Notes: generated from the sequence alone by a model not told the origin. Numbered from the stretch's first letter, positions 35,890 through 45,833 are shown. The stretch is 64,000 nucleotides of DNA from Halorussus marinus (GCF_004765795.1 NZ_SBIV01000007.1:1-64000), one strand, 5' to 3'. Made by a program: numbers and translations.

Positions 35890-36330
35890 GTAGCCGCAGC
35901 TCTCGCTGCGGAGTTGTTGGCTAACGACTTCCGTACGCTCAGCGCGGACGGAGTCCGCTCGCTCCTGTATCGAAACGAACGGAAACCAATCAGCCGCGAG
36001 CCTGGCATCCCGCACTCGCATCAGGCTGTGTCCTGAGCGAGTACTGGGCACAGGCAGGCGGCAATCCCGTGTTCCCCGACCCGTGACGGGTAGTCCGTAT
36101 GGGGGCCGAGTTATGCGGGTGAGAGTGTCCGGACGTCGCCGGATTGCGTCGAACTCTCGTATTCGAAGTCGACGTGGATCCGGCGGTTTGCGCCCGGGCT
36201 CTTCGCACGCTGATCTTGTAGGCACTCGCCGAACACGGGACCCGCGGCTAAGCGAGAACGAGCACGCCGCGGGATGAGGCGAGTGATGATCATCGTGTTG
36301 AACTCTCTCGGTTTGAGGGGTGTCTCGGAC
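35890..36330 (-). ncRNA. Large structured non-coding leader or ncRNA at the head of the tRNA array
   Basis: Multiple perfect helices, including crossing pairings 36231-36240/36065-36074 and 36009-36014/36114-36119; no credible ORF. Confidence 0.55.
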
Positions 36331-36356
36331 GTCAACCTGGAATATCGTGGCAATTG

Positions 36357-36364
36357 TATTAAAA
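36357..36364 (-). promoter_or_regulatory. Archaeal TATA box (TTTTAATA), probable promoter of the RNA operon
   Basis: The only strongly AT-rich tract upstream of the array, correctly oriented on the minus strand. Confidence 0.6.
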
Positions 36365-36608
36365 TTAGTTAGGGTGTGTTACCCACAGGCACGGTAGTTT
36401 CACTTCAAGATGCGGTTGCACACGATTTATTTCTCCAATATCAGCTGTCGTCGATAGCTGGACGCTGGCCGGTGTCCTCGGTTGGACCCACAGAAACTAT
36501 TTACACCAACCTGCTCTCTGTGGCGATAGATGAGTGGCCGATCGCCGGTCCGGTGCTAGCCGGGAGCCCAGTCACACGGCGTGACTGACGGTTCTCGGTT
36601 AGATACCA

Positions 36609-37229
36609 ATGACCGAGAATACCGACTCAAACGAATCTCAGAAGCCAGGGAGTGCAAACAGCGGGTGTTCCAACCACACCGAACAGCGATCATCCACCGG
36701 ATGCCAGGGTAGTGGTGCTTCCCCGCCGTGCGATGCGTGTGACACCACCCAGTCCGACAAACTCCACGAAATCTCCCTTGATGAACGGGCGTATGATGTG
36801 TGTGGAGATTGCCTCCAGCTCCTCGTTGACGACGTCGAGGAGTACCACTGGTGGGACCGCCTGACTGAAGCACACTACAATCGCGCTGCCGAGTTTCTCC
36901 GCTCCCTTGATGCAGTCTGGTGCGTCAAAGATCAGGCCTACGCTGGCGGGGAACTGTGGGTCCACACGCCCTATTGTGACGCTGCCGTCGTCAGAGATGT
37001 GTGTGACCACTTTGGGTTCCAGATTCGCTGGTTTAGCGTTGTCTACCCCGTTGACGATGGCTTCGAATGCGTCTCCGAGCACGGGCCCTGTATCGAGATC
37101 AACCTCACGTTTACAGCCCACCGTTCGGATCCACTCCCGCTTGAATACGACATTCAGAACGACGTGGCATACCACGAGATCGAGTGGCTTGATGAGTGTC
37201 GACGCCTATACACTTCGCATCTTGAGTAG
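36609..37229 (+). CDS. Hypothetical protein with CxxC...CxxC Zn site
   Basis: CDAC and CGDC; acidic. Confidence 0.65.
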   Translation: MTENTDSNESQKPGSANSGCSNHTEQRSSTGCQGSGASPPCDACDTTQSDKLHEISLDERAYDVCGDCLQLLVDDVEEYHWWDRLTEAHYNRAAEFLRSLDAVWCVKDQAYAGGELWVHTPYCDAAVVRDVCDHFGFQIRWFSVVYPVDDGFECVSEHGPCIEINLTFTAHRSDPLPLEYDIQNDVAYHEIEWLDECRRLYTSHLE

Positions 37230-37365
37230 CTTGAACTTGTAGAATGTCCAGGGATACCCCCGCTGGCGCTGGTCGTCGTTTAGGGAGACCACGTTGACGA
37301 TACCGGTCTTGATGAGCTTCTGGATGTAGGGTGTTTTAAATTGGCCTATCATTTACGCTGATGGG

Positions 37366-38214
37366 ATGAATGGCCGTGTCTACTACCATCACCCCGAGGA
37401 CTCTCAGTACTCTCTCGCCTATGTCACTCGGGACAAAGATGAAATAACGACATCCGGGCAAGATGCGATCATTGAGGACTACGATCTTGATAAGGAGTTC
37501 TTTGTACTGTATACGAATCGTGGGGCGAGTGGAACGGTTGAGGATCTTGACGACGAGTTTGAAGATGTGCTTGATGAAATGTCGCCACAGGACCGGATGA
37601 TTACGGTACGGTTGCTTCAGATCTTCGAGGAAATCATTGAGGAGAAAGCGCTCGAAGAGGAAGCGAAGCTCGAAATTTACAAGCAAATCGAGCTGGAGCG
37701 GATTCCCGACGCTATCGCACGTGTTGATTGGAGTGGAACCGCCGTTGATGTTGCAGGGCAGCTGATGTCTACGCTTATTCTGAAACACGCGTTGCCCAAT
37801 GCGAATCACCGGACGTCGATCAGTATGGCTCAGTGGTATCTGGAGAGCATCGAAACCGGGTTCTCATTCCCGGACTTTGCGACTGAAGAGTACGATTGGA
37901 AATCGTGGGTCAACGAGTACATTACCGAGTCGAAACGGCTCCTCACGGTTCGGCGGAATACGACAGCATTCTCGTTGCTTGCTGAATGGGGGTGTGACAC
38001 CGTGCTGCGGAAAAATGGTATTGAGATCGTTCTGGCAGAGTATGACCTAGATTTCACCCGCTCAGAAGCGTACGAGCATTATGGAGAACTCCACACCGAA
38101 CTCTGTACGAACTTCCTTACTGACTCTGTCACGCGTGCTGGGCACGACGAACTCATCGCTACCGAAGGTAATGGAAAAGCGGAATTCGTCTCGTTCCTCG
38201 AAGAGGCAGAATAA
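37366..38214 (+). CDS. Fic/Doc-like protein
   Basis: HALPNANHRTS resembles the Doc-type HxFxNANKRT motif. Confidence 0.7.
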   Translation: MNGRVYYHHPEDSQYSLAYVTRDKDEITTSGQDAIIEDYDLDKEFFVLYTNRGASGTVEDLDDEFEDVLDEMSPQDRMITVRLLQIFEEIIEEKALEEEAKLEIYKQIELERIPDAIARVDWSGTAVDVAGQLMSTLILKHALPNANHRTSISMAQWYLESIETGFSFPDFATEEYDWKSWVNEYITESKRLLTVRRNTTAFSLLAEWGCDTVLRKNGIEIVLAEYDLDFTRSEAYEHYGELHTELCTNFLTDSVTRAGHDELIATEGNGKAEFVSFLEEAE

Positions 38215-38499
38215 CCGCGTTAATCCTGAAGGTCCGCAACGGTGCGCCCGAGCTCCCGGGCATGTTCGCTCTCGCTTACGCCGTATCGCTCTTCTATTGA
38301 GCGGAGTTGTTCTTGGAACGTCATCGTAGGATCCTCCAGTCGCGTCTATCACAAAAAAGCGGTTCCAGCATAAGAACTTTTCCCCGACTGTTGATCGAGG
38401 CAAGCCGATTTGACATCCCACTTCCCCTTCAGGGCGGACCGCACGAGCTTTTCGGGGTCACGTGCGACGTGCTTGACTTGGTCTGGACACAACTAGTGA

Positions 38500-38672
38500 G
38501 TGTGGTGACGATCTCTGTCGGGAGCTCCGGCAGCGGCGTCGGTGGCTCGTAAGATGTCGGCGGTCGCCTCGCATTAACCAACAAAGTGCGTATCGACATA
38601 GATTTGTTGGTTAATCAGATGTCGTCCCGTCACGGGCTGAAGAGTTTGAATAGCAAACTATTCGCGAATAGT
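38500..38672. repeat. Remnant duplicate of 28375..28550 (5' end of the small gene plus TTAACCAACA-N21-TGTTGGTTAA at 38574..38614)
   Basis: Colinear match (gacgatctctgtcgggag...cgggctgaagagt). Confidence 0.8.
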
Positions 38673-38680
38673 ATGTGTCG

Positions 38681-39094
38681 TTAGACGTCGTCGGGACGGG
38701 GGACGTTCTCGTACTTGACCATCTTCTCGGGTTTGTCAGAGATGGTGTCGTAGATCTGCTGGAGCGTCTCCTCCGCAGCGAGCAGGTTGTGCTCCTCTAG
38801 GAACTCCCGCCCCTCCTCCGTGAGCCCATAGAACTTCCAAGGGTAGCCCTGCCGGCGCTGGTTGTCGTCCAGGGCAACCTCCTCGACGATGCCGGCGTCG
38901 ATGAGTTTCTGCACGTTTTTGTAGACGGCCGCTTCGCTCACGCTGGGATTGAGTTCCTCGAGTTCGCACATCGAGGGATGCTGTTGGGGGTGAGCGAGAA
39001 TATCGCTGATAAGCGAAAACCGTGTCTGCTGTGTAATGAAGTGGACGAGTTCCCGTGATGTCGTGTCGTCGACGATACCCGAACCAGCGTCCAT
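38681..39094 (-). CDS. wHTH (ArsR/PadR-like) regulator; paralog of 41232..41720
   Basis: TRFSLISDILAHP...FYGLTEEG. Confidence 0.8.
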   Translation of the reverse strand: MDAGSGIVDDTTSRELVHFITQQTRFSLISDILAHPQQHPSMCELEELNPSVSEAAVYKNVQKLIDAGIVEEVALDDNQRRQGYPWKFYGLTEEGREFLEEHNLLAAEETLQQIYDTISDKPEKMVKYENVPRPDDV

Positions 39095-39547
39095 ACCGAT
39101 GTATTCGACCGGGCGTAGTAAAGTAGTTTACCCGAGAGTAAACTACCGGGCCAACTAGCTCTGATAAGTGTAACGTCAAGCGAGTAGGGCAAGATAGGTC
39201 ACCGTTTCTCGCTCTTTTTGCACTCCGGACTCGGTGTCGGGGACGGGAGAGCGTCGACTGCGGTTCGAAGCTCGTCCTCAGTTGTCCACGGGAAGCATCG
39301 ATCGTGGCGTTCGAATTTGCGGAACTTGTTGAGACGAACCCAGCTGTACGTTGCTGGCTCTTCGCCCTCGCCTGTTCGATCGTCGATCACATCCCAAACC
39401 TCCTGTTCGTCGATACCGAGACCGTTCTCTTGGGCGCGATCAACGAACGGCTCGACGTTTAATTGGACTTCATCCTCCAACAAATCGTCTGCGAACGCTA
39501 TCTCGAGAGCGGCCTGAATGATATGCCCTTTCGATTCAAGATTCGAA

Positions 39548-40954
39548 TCAGTCACCCTCGAGGATGGCAACAATATCGGAGAGATCGAAGAGACGGAGGT
39601 CATCACGCTCGTCTGCAGCTTCCTCAACGGAGCGTTTGAAGCCAGAACGACTGAACAGGGCGAATTCATAGGTCGGCTCATCACCTCCCTTGGGTGTCCA
39701 GTCGATGTGCTCCACGTCATCTTCGAGATTCGAAAGCACATCATAGCCGAGGGGTGTACTGGTGAACTTCGCTTCGCCAACGATCAGCGTTGACTCGTCA
39801 GTTGGGGCGACGACATCTACCTCTCGGCCCTTGTACCACCACTGGCTTGGCACCTGCGTGAGCTGGTAGTCTGCATAGAGCGCCGGCACCGCCTGGTGAC
39901 AGAGCGATTCGAACGTTTCGCTGACGAAGTCGGGCAATTCCGGTTCGATGAGATCCGCGTAGGCGTTCTCGCCGTAGAGTTCGTACTGTCCCCCGCGGCC
40001 GTAGAGATACCGGAAGTAAAACCGGAACACGGGGTCCCGAATCTGGTATCGCGTCCGCTTGCTGCGTGCCGGGTCGGCGAGTGCTGGATGGTGTTTCTCG
40101 ATGATCTGGAGGGTTTCCAGCCGGTCGAAGTAGTACGACGTGTTGGTGCTCTCGATGCCGGCTCCCTGAGCGATTTCATTCCGACTGCGGTTCCCGCTGG
40201 CCATCGACTCTAGAACAGAAAAATACGTGTTCACCTCGTTGAGTTCCATCTGGAGGACGGTTTCGGGCTCGTCGTGGAGTGGGCCATCCGGGTCGCACAG
40301 CAGCCGTGTGATGTTCTCTCCGAGGTTCTGTGATGAATCGAGTGGGCTGAGATATCGGGGTGTGCCGCCGAAGACGCCATAGACGAACACCCGTTCTTCG
40401 GGATCGTACGTCGGCACGAACTCCTGGATGGAGCGAAACGGCAGCTGGGTGAGTTCGAGGCGGCCATTCGGTGTCTGGGATACCCGGCCGTAGAGTGGCG
40501 CACCGCCATCGAGGACGTGCGTATGAATCATACCGATTGCAGAGCCTGTGAGTACGAGCGTTGCCTGACTCTCGTCGACAGCCGTATCCCACAGGTGTTG
40601 AATGACCGACGGAAGTCCCTCGTTCGATTCGATGAGGTACGGGAATTCGTCGATGACGATGATGGCGTCTCTGTCGGTGAGGTACGTCAAGAGCGGTTCC
40701 CATTCCTCTTTGACGGCCGTGATGTCTGGATAGGTCGTCGCTGCTGCTTCGACGAATCGCCTGAGCTGTGTCGTCGCTGTTCCCTGGACTGCCTGATAGT
40801 ACACAGCATCGTCGCGGTCGGCAATCGATTGGCGGACAAGTTCGCTCTTGCCGATTTGACGGCGCCCATAGATAATGGCGAGCTCTGCAGCCTCACTCTC
40901 GTAGAGGGCCTGCAACCGATCGAGTTCATCGAGCCGATTGACGAACTGGTCCAT
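39548..40954 (-). CDS. Archaeal AAA ATPase (ATPase_2) fused to DUF234 / PD-(D/E)xK nuclease
   Basis: FVNRLDEL, YGRRQIGKS, IDEFPYL, GGTPRYL, DPVFRFYF, EVDVV...GEAKF. Confidence 0.9.
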   Translation of the reverse strand: MDQFVNRLDELDRLQALYESEAAELAIIYGRRQIGKSELVRQSIADRDDAVYYQAVQGTATTQLRRFVEAAATTYPDITAVKEEWEPLLTYLTDRDAIIVIDEFPYLIESNEGLPSVIQHLWDTAVDESQATLVLTGSAIGMIHTHVLDGGAPLYGRVSQTPNGRLELTQLPFRSIQEFVPTYDPEERVFVYGVFGGTPRYLSPLDSSQNLGENITRLLCDPDGPLHDEPETVLQMELNEVNTYFSVLESMASGNRSRNEIAQGAGIESTNTSYYFDRLETLQIIEKHHPALADPARSKRTRYQIRDPVFRFYFRYLYGRGGQYELYGENAYADLIEPELPDFVSETFESLCHQAVPALYADYQLTQVPSQWWYKGREVDVVAPTDESTLIVGEAKFTSTPLGYDVLSNLEDDVEHIDWTPKGGDEPTYEFALFSRSGFKRSVEEAADERDDLRLFDLSDIVAILEGD

Positions 40955-41098
40955 ACACCCAGTCGTGGTGGGAGATACATACGTGTTTCGAGTTTTAGAG
41001 GCAAAACTATAATAGTCTGAACGATAATATCCTGGACTCTAATATGGCGAGGTAATGTTCGACGAAGGTCAGAATGCTCCCTGCGGACGCAGAAAAAG

Positions 41099-41138
41099 GT
41101 AACCAACAGATCAGAAAACACCGCCTTTGCGTGGTTAA
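41099..41138. repeat. Degenerate copy of the TTAACCAACA inverted repeat
   Basis: gtaaccaaca ... gcgtggttaa. Confidence 0.6.
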
Positions 41139-41231
41139 CTGGGTAAGATGAAAATTCGCCCTCGAACACCCTTGATGAGTTCTTCTGCCGTTCGATTAAT
41201 TGTTATTGCGCCCTACCTCGTACCATCACGT

Positions 41232-41720
41232 ATGAGCGAAACCGACACTGGCGCGGCCGATGCAGGGCCGTTCGCGGAACAGCAACGGCTGTTCAAGCTG
41301 CTGTCCCAGGATACGCGCCATCTCATCATCCAGGAGCTGCTGGGCCATCCCGCCCATCTGATGTCGCTCGCCGAACTCGAGTATATGACCGGAAAGAGTC
41401 AGGCGGCCATCAAAGACCAGTTGGAGACGTTGATCGACGCCGGGCTCCTCACACGCTACACGTACGATCCAAGCGAGGGGAAACGTGATCTCCCCGCCCA
41501 GTTCTACGGATTTACGGAGCGGGGCGTCGAAGTCCTCCACGACTACAAGTATCTCCGTGGGCTTCCGGTCGCACGCGCCCTCTACGAGAACACGCGCAAG
41601 ACCGAGAAAATCGAGCGCCACGAATCGGCCCCTCGCCCGGAGCTTCCGGATGCCGTCGCGGCAGCCCTCGAGTTCGACGAGCCCGATCTCGACGCCGTCG
41701 ATGGTGGCACAAACTCGTAG
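41232..41720 (+). CDS. wHTH (ArsR-like) regulator
   Basis: TRHLIIQELLGHP...FYGFTERG. Confidence 0.82.
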   Translation: MSETDTGAADAGPFAEQQRLFKLLSQDTRHLIIQELLGHPAHLMSLAELEYMTGKSQAAIKDQLETLIDAGLLTRYTYDPSEGKRDLPAQFYGFTERGVEVLHDYKYLRGLPVARALYENTRKTEKIERHESAPRPELPDAVAAALEFDEPDLDAVDGGTNS

Positions 41721-41782
41721 TTCGTCGTCGAACAGCACCGTTCTCGACGCTGCAGAGAAGGTACGCGGACTTCGTACCTTGG

Positions 41783-42613
41783 TCAGGACTCCATGGGCTC
41801 CAGCATGGCTGGCTCGACGTTGATCCGGAGGCGATACGTACTGTCGGTCGACCCGGTGTCGGGTCGCGTGGGGTCCAGTGGGGAATAGCCACTCGTGAAC
41901 GACGCGACGAGCTCTTCGCGGGCGGGGAGGTTAATGCCGAGCTGGTCGGCGAGGTAGACGATCCGCTTGGTCGCCGCGCCGTTGTCGAGGCGCTTGAGAT
42001 ACTCGCCGACCGTGTCCCAGTCGCAACCCCGTTCGTCGGCGGTGCGCATCGCGGTCGCAAGTTCCCGAAGACCACCACAGAACTCGGGGTGGTCCGCACA
42101 GTCGACCAGCGTCTTTTCCAGGTCGCTGACCTGAACGGTCGTACCCTCGACCGATGTCGGCTCAACGCCGAAGAATTTTCCCTCGGTGACTGTCGTGACG
42201 CGGTACGAAACACCGTGGATCTCCCGGCTTTGCGCTCGGGTCGGCGTAACGACGTACACCGTCCGTGGGACCTGTTCGGTCAGCCCGTGGTGGCTGAGGG
42301 CGCTGTAGTAGCCGATGTACATTGGATCGGCGACGTGGGCGGCGATGAGGTACTCGTTGGTGGTGTACAGGCCCTCTTCACCGGCTGCGAGTGGGATGAT
42401 GAGGTATCGGCCGGGAAACAGTCGGTCGAGCCAGCCCTTCTCGGTGAGCCGGGAGGCAATCTCGCGGGCGGTGTTTGGGGAAACCTCCAGCGTCGTCTCG
42501 ATATCGTCAACGGAGATGATCTGGTGCCCCGCGCCAGCGAGTCGTGCAAAGAGTCGACTTTCTCGAGTCGAGAGCCCCTGGCGTATATTTTGCGATTGTT
42601 CTATGAGACTCAT
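41783..42613 (-). CDS. Type IV TA antitoxin, AbiEi family
   Basis: N-terminal wHTH, YIGYYSALSHHGLTEQVP, SDLEKTLVDC. Confidence 0.88.
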   Translation of the reverse strand: MSLIEQSQNIRQGLSTRESRLFARLAGAGHQIISVDDIETTLEVSPNTAREIASRLTEKGWLDRLFPGRYLIIPLAAGEEGLYTTNEYLIAAHVADPMYIGYYSALSHHGLTEQVPRTVYVVTPTRAQSREIHGVSYRVTTVTEGKFFGVEPTSVEGTTVQVSDLEKTLVDCADHPEFCGGLRELATAMRTADERGCDWDTVGEYLKRLDNGAATKRIVYLADQLGINLPAREELVASFTSGYSPLDPTRPDTGSTDSTYRLRINVEPAMLEPMES

Positions 42614-42681
42614 ACCTGCGTTTCTTACATAGAATATAGTCTCAGACCTGCTTTAGCCTTGCCTCATCCTTCTTAGCTTCC

Positions 42682-42722
42682 TTAACCAACACAAAATCAT
42701 CCAATAGATATGTGTTGGTTAA
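42682..42722. repeat. TTAACCAACA-N21-TGTTGGTTAA inverted repeat
   Basis: Direct reading. Confidence 0.9.
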
Positions 42723-42938
42723 GAATCGTGGAGACTGTGGATGAACAAATCGGATGTGGCAGATTCTGTCGGCAATATCTTCCAACCCCGTCTTCTGGCT
42801 GGTCCAGCTATTGATGTGACATTGGATCGAGTTCGAATTAGTCATTCGATACAAAATTCCGATCGTATTCAAAAACAAGGTGGAGGGGCTTGTTGACGTG
42901 TCCACAGCGTTGACTTGCCGGCACTACGAGACACAGGT

Positions 42939-44378
42939 ATGAACCCACGCGATATCATCCGTCGAGACCATGATTCACGTGACGGTGAGGGCCCGCTGCG
43001 CGTACTGGTGGATACCGCGTCACTGAACGAGCAGCTCGCCGATGGTAACGATGCCGCCCAGCGGGTACTCGACTATGCAGCGAACCGCGAGTTCGAATTC
43101 ATTCGGTCGCCAGACACGCCACGGCATGAGGAGCTTGAGTGTATCCCACCGTATACAATTGAGACGGCAGAGAACGGGGCTCGAGTTGTCCGGAGCGATG
43201 ATGATGGGGAGCAAACAACCACGTCATTCTCGCACCTGTTCGGATATCAGGAACGGGCGATTCGGCGGACTACAGCACGAGTCTTCTCGGATGACGTCGA
43301 CGCGTATGCGACCGAAGTAGAGGACGTCACCGATCGAGAGCTGGCGACAGTCCGGCAGGTGTTCGTCCACGCCGCGCTCAACCATCGTGATGAGGGACAC
43401 CTGTTCATCACGAACCGAGCGGTCCTCCTCACCAACCGACGGTGGTTCGAAGCGCACTTCCCCGGTGGGCAGTTGAACATCATGAGCCTCAGCGAGGCAG
43501 TCGAATATCTCGGGCTCTACCTCCGGTACCGGGAGCAGTTCTACGCTAGTCCGAACCTCACCGTCGGAATGTTCGGCTGGTACTGGCATCTCTTCCGGTC
43601 GTTGGTTCCGCGGTATCACGTGGAGGCCGACGCAAATGACGACTATCTACGAGGATTTAGCATCCGATTTCAGAACTTGCTTATCGCCGTCGATGAGATT
43701 GGCTATCAGTATTTCCAGGAGCCAGATAACCGGACGCAGCTCAACGTCCAGTACCATTTCGACAATGCGATCTCCCTGATCACCGGCGTTTTCGATACAC
43801 TTGCCCTCAAGACCGCGGAGAAGTATGCTATCGACGACATTCGAAAAGAGTTCATCTCGCTCTCGAACAACCGGGGACGGGACTTTCTGGACGAGGTTCG
43901 GGAGGCAAACACTGATCTTCGTGATCACATCGCGGCCCACATGGCGTACATCAATCTGCTCTATGTTCTCCGACCGCTTGTAGTCCATCGCGGAGGATAT
44001 CAGGACAGTCTCCTCGAGGATGCTAATCAGGGTTGGACAGCAGGAGTCATCCCGCTTGACCGGTTCAATGAGGCAGATCGAGATGCCTTCGAGCGGTACT
44101 ACCCCGAGATAGATGACGATCCCTTACCCTATGATCCGCTCACTGAGTGGGGCTTGTATCAGGCAGACTGGGCTGATGCGGGCTACATCGAACCATACCA
44201 CTTCATGAAGGCCGCAGTGAAGACGCTCATCCAGTTTGCTAATGCGTACCTCCAGTTGCTCGGCTATCCGGATTTCATCGAGCAACACAGAGAGGACGAT
44301 CAGGGAGCGACGTTCATCGATACCTGTGATCGAATCCGTCAAACCGGCTTGACCGGCTTCTATCAGGTGTTCCCGTAG
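42939..44378 (+). CDS. Hypothetical protein with PIN-like N-terminus and HEPN-like RxxxxH (RPLVVH)
   Basis: VLVDTASL; LRPLVVHRG; 479-aa acidic ORF. Confidence 0.65.
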   Translation: MNPRDIIRRDHDSRDGEGPLRVLVDTASLNEQLADGNDAAQRVLDYAANREFEFIRSPDTPRHEELECIPPYTIETAENGARVVRSDDDGEQTTTSFSHLFGYQERAIRRTTARVFSDDVDAYATEVEDVTDRELATVRQVFVHAALNHRDEGHLFITNRAVLLTNRRWFEAHFPGGQLNIMSLSEAVEYLGLYLRYREQFYASPNLTVGMFGWYWHLFRSLVPRYHVEADANDDYLRGFSIRFQNLLIAVDEIGYQYFQEPDNRTQLNVQYHFDNAISLITGVFDTLALKTAEKYAIDDIRKEFISLSNNRGRDFLDEVREANTDLRDHIAAHMAYINLLYVLRPLVVHRGGYQDSLLEDANQGWTAGVIPLDRFNEADRDAFERYYPEIDDDPLPYDPLTEWGLYQADWADAGYIEPYHFMKAAVKTLIQFANAYLQLLGYPDFIEQHREDDQGATFIDTCDRIRQTGLTGFYQVFP

Positions 44379-44429
44379 CTATCTCCGACAGTCAAGGGAA
44401 CTGGCTGAAAGAGACTGTAATAGGCGTCT

Positions 44430-45053
44430 TCAGCTCTTCCTGAACGGTGTGGGAATCCCGTCCGCAGTAAAGCGAGCGACTGCTCCGCAGCTGGGACACT
44501 CATCGACGAACGCACAGACTCGAAGCGAGGTTTCTAACTCACGAACGCTCCCGCACACGGAACACTCGTACGCGGTGCGATACCGGACTGATGGACGGTG
44601 CTGTTGCCGTCGTGTGCGGGAGGTCTCTGTCGGTGTCGCTCTGCCGTGAGACGCTGCTGACGGGGATCGCTCCTGGTTCGTCATGGACTGCTCGTGATCG
44701 AGCTGCCAGGCCGAATCGGGAAGCGTGTCATAGATGCGATCTGGCTTGCTGATTCCCACATCGAGAGCAGCAGGCTCGGCTGGGTCGCGTGCGTCATCTG
44801 ATCGGGGCTCATCGACTGAGCTCCCGTCGACGTGTGATGTGTCTCGGTGACCCAGAGGATCCGTCTGTGCCCATACACCGAGTTCGACGGCCTCTGCCTG
44901 CTCGTAGAGCACGCCATCGATGGCGGCCGCCAGTTCAGCGAGTGGCTCGGAGATCTCGGACTCGCCGTGTTTCTCGACCGCGTTCTCGAACAGCCATTCG
45001 CGGAGCGTCCCTGCAGTCTCTCTATCGACTGTATATGATGGAACAGCCTTCAT
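44430..45053 (-). CDS. Hypothetical protein with C-terminal Zn ribbon
   Basis: CSVCG and CPSCG. Confidence 0.65.
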   Translation of the reverse strand: MKAVPSYTVDRETAGTLREWLFENAVEKHGESEISEPLAELAAAIDGVLYEQAEAVELGVWAQTDPLGHRDTSHVDGSSVDEPRSDDARDPAEPAALDVGISKPDRIYDTLPDSAWQLDHEQSMTNQERSPSAASHGRATPTETSRTRRQQHRPSVRYRTAYECSVCGSVRELETSLRVCAFVDECPSCGAVARFTADGIPTPFRKS

Positions 45054-45245
45054 TCGTTTCTCACTCCGCTCCTCGTGGGTACGACAAACCTACAGAATTC
45101 GTAGATTCCGTTGAGAGTGGCTCTTACGGATGAATCGGCCTTTCAGACACGAGTCGAACCTTAGCAGTTCAGAATTGGGAGCTGTTTGGGCACGGAACCA
45201 CCTAATACAAAGCGGCTGGTAGAAGGACGGAGAAAGTAGAGACCG

Positions 45246-45833
45246 ATGGTTACGTATGATTTGTCGAGGATGGATGTGGGATTGATTGCAGAGATGATTG
45301 CAGGGCGATACGGGGGTTTCCCAGAGCCGCTGGAGGAGGCGATTATTACACACGTGATTGACCGGCCTGAGGGGAAGAAGTATAGCAGAGACGACATCCG
45401 GATTCATTCGAAGAGTCGGAATCTGACGGAGGAAGTTCATATAGGGGTATTGGAGGGTGTTACGTTGCCGGAGGATGGTGACTGGGGGTATTCGCAAGGC
45501 TGGATACCTGACGATATTCTCATGGTGCAGGCACTGACACCAGTGGAGGGCACGCCAAGTCCGCCCCATTCGCGAGAGGAGGTAGACCCGACGACGGATC
45601 TGTTGGCGTACTATGCGGTGGAGGTGAAAGCGGTATCGAGTGGGAATCGGGTTAGGTTGACAGAAAATCAGCAGGAGAGTTTGGCAACTGTAAGCAAGAA
45701 AGTGGACCGAGTTCATCCGGTTATCGTAATAGTCGACGTAGGTGACCTCCCGGAATCGGCGGAGGTTGAGGTTGATATCTATGAGGAGTCAGTTTGGGCG
45801 GACGGTCAGATGTCGAAAACCGTCCGGAGCTAG
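45246..45833 (+). CDS. PD-(D/E)xK nuclease-like protein
   Basis: WIPDD ... AVEVKA ... RLTENQ. Confidence 0.65.
   Translation: MVTYDLSRMDVGLIAEMIAGRYGGFPEPLEEAIITHVIDRPEGKKYSRDDIRIHSKSRNLTEEVHIGVLEGVTLPEDGDWGYSQGWIPDDILMVQALTPVEGTPSPPHSREEVDPTTDLLAYYAVEVKAVSSGNRVRLTENQQESLATVSKKVDRVHPVIVIVDVGDLPESAEVEVDIYEESVWADGQMSKTVRS

Noticed and set aside
35890..36330. RNase P RNA, SRP RNA or tmRNA
   Set aside because: No GAGGAAAGUCC/P4 signature, no SRP helix-8 motif and no tRNA-like domain seen.
31141..36353. Numerous ORF-track entries overlapping the tRNA/Y-RNA array (e.g. 31141..31773, 34643..35026, 35620..36225)
   Set aside because: Arg/Ser/Pro-rich, non-acidic translations of RNA genes.
39199..39780. 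193-aa ORF overlapping the ATPase 3' end
   Set aside because: Its N-terminal half is an alternative frame of the ATPase gene; only ~39199-39490 looks like a gene remnant, with no supportable start.
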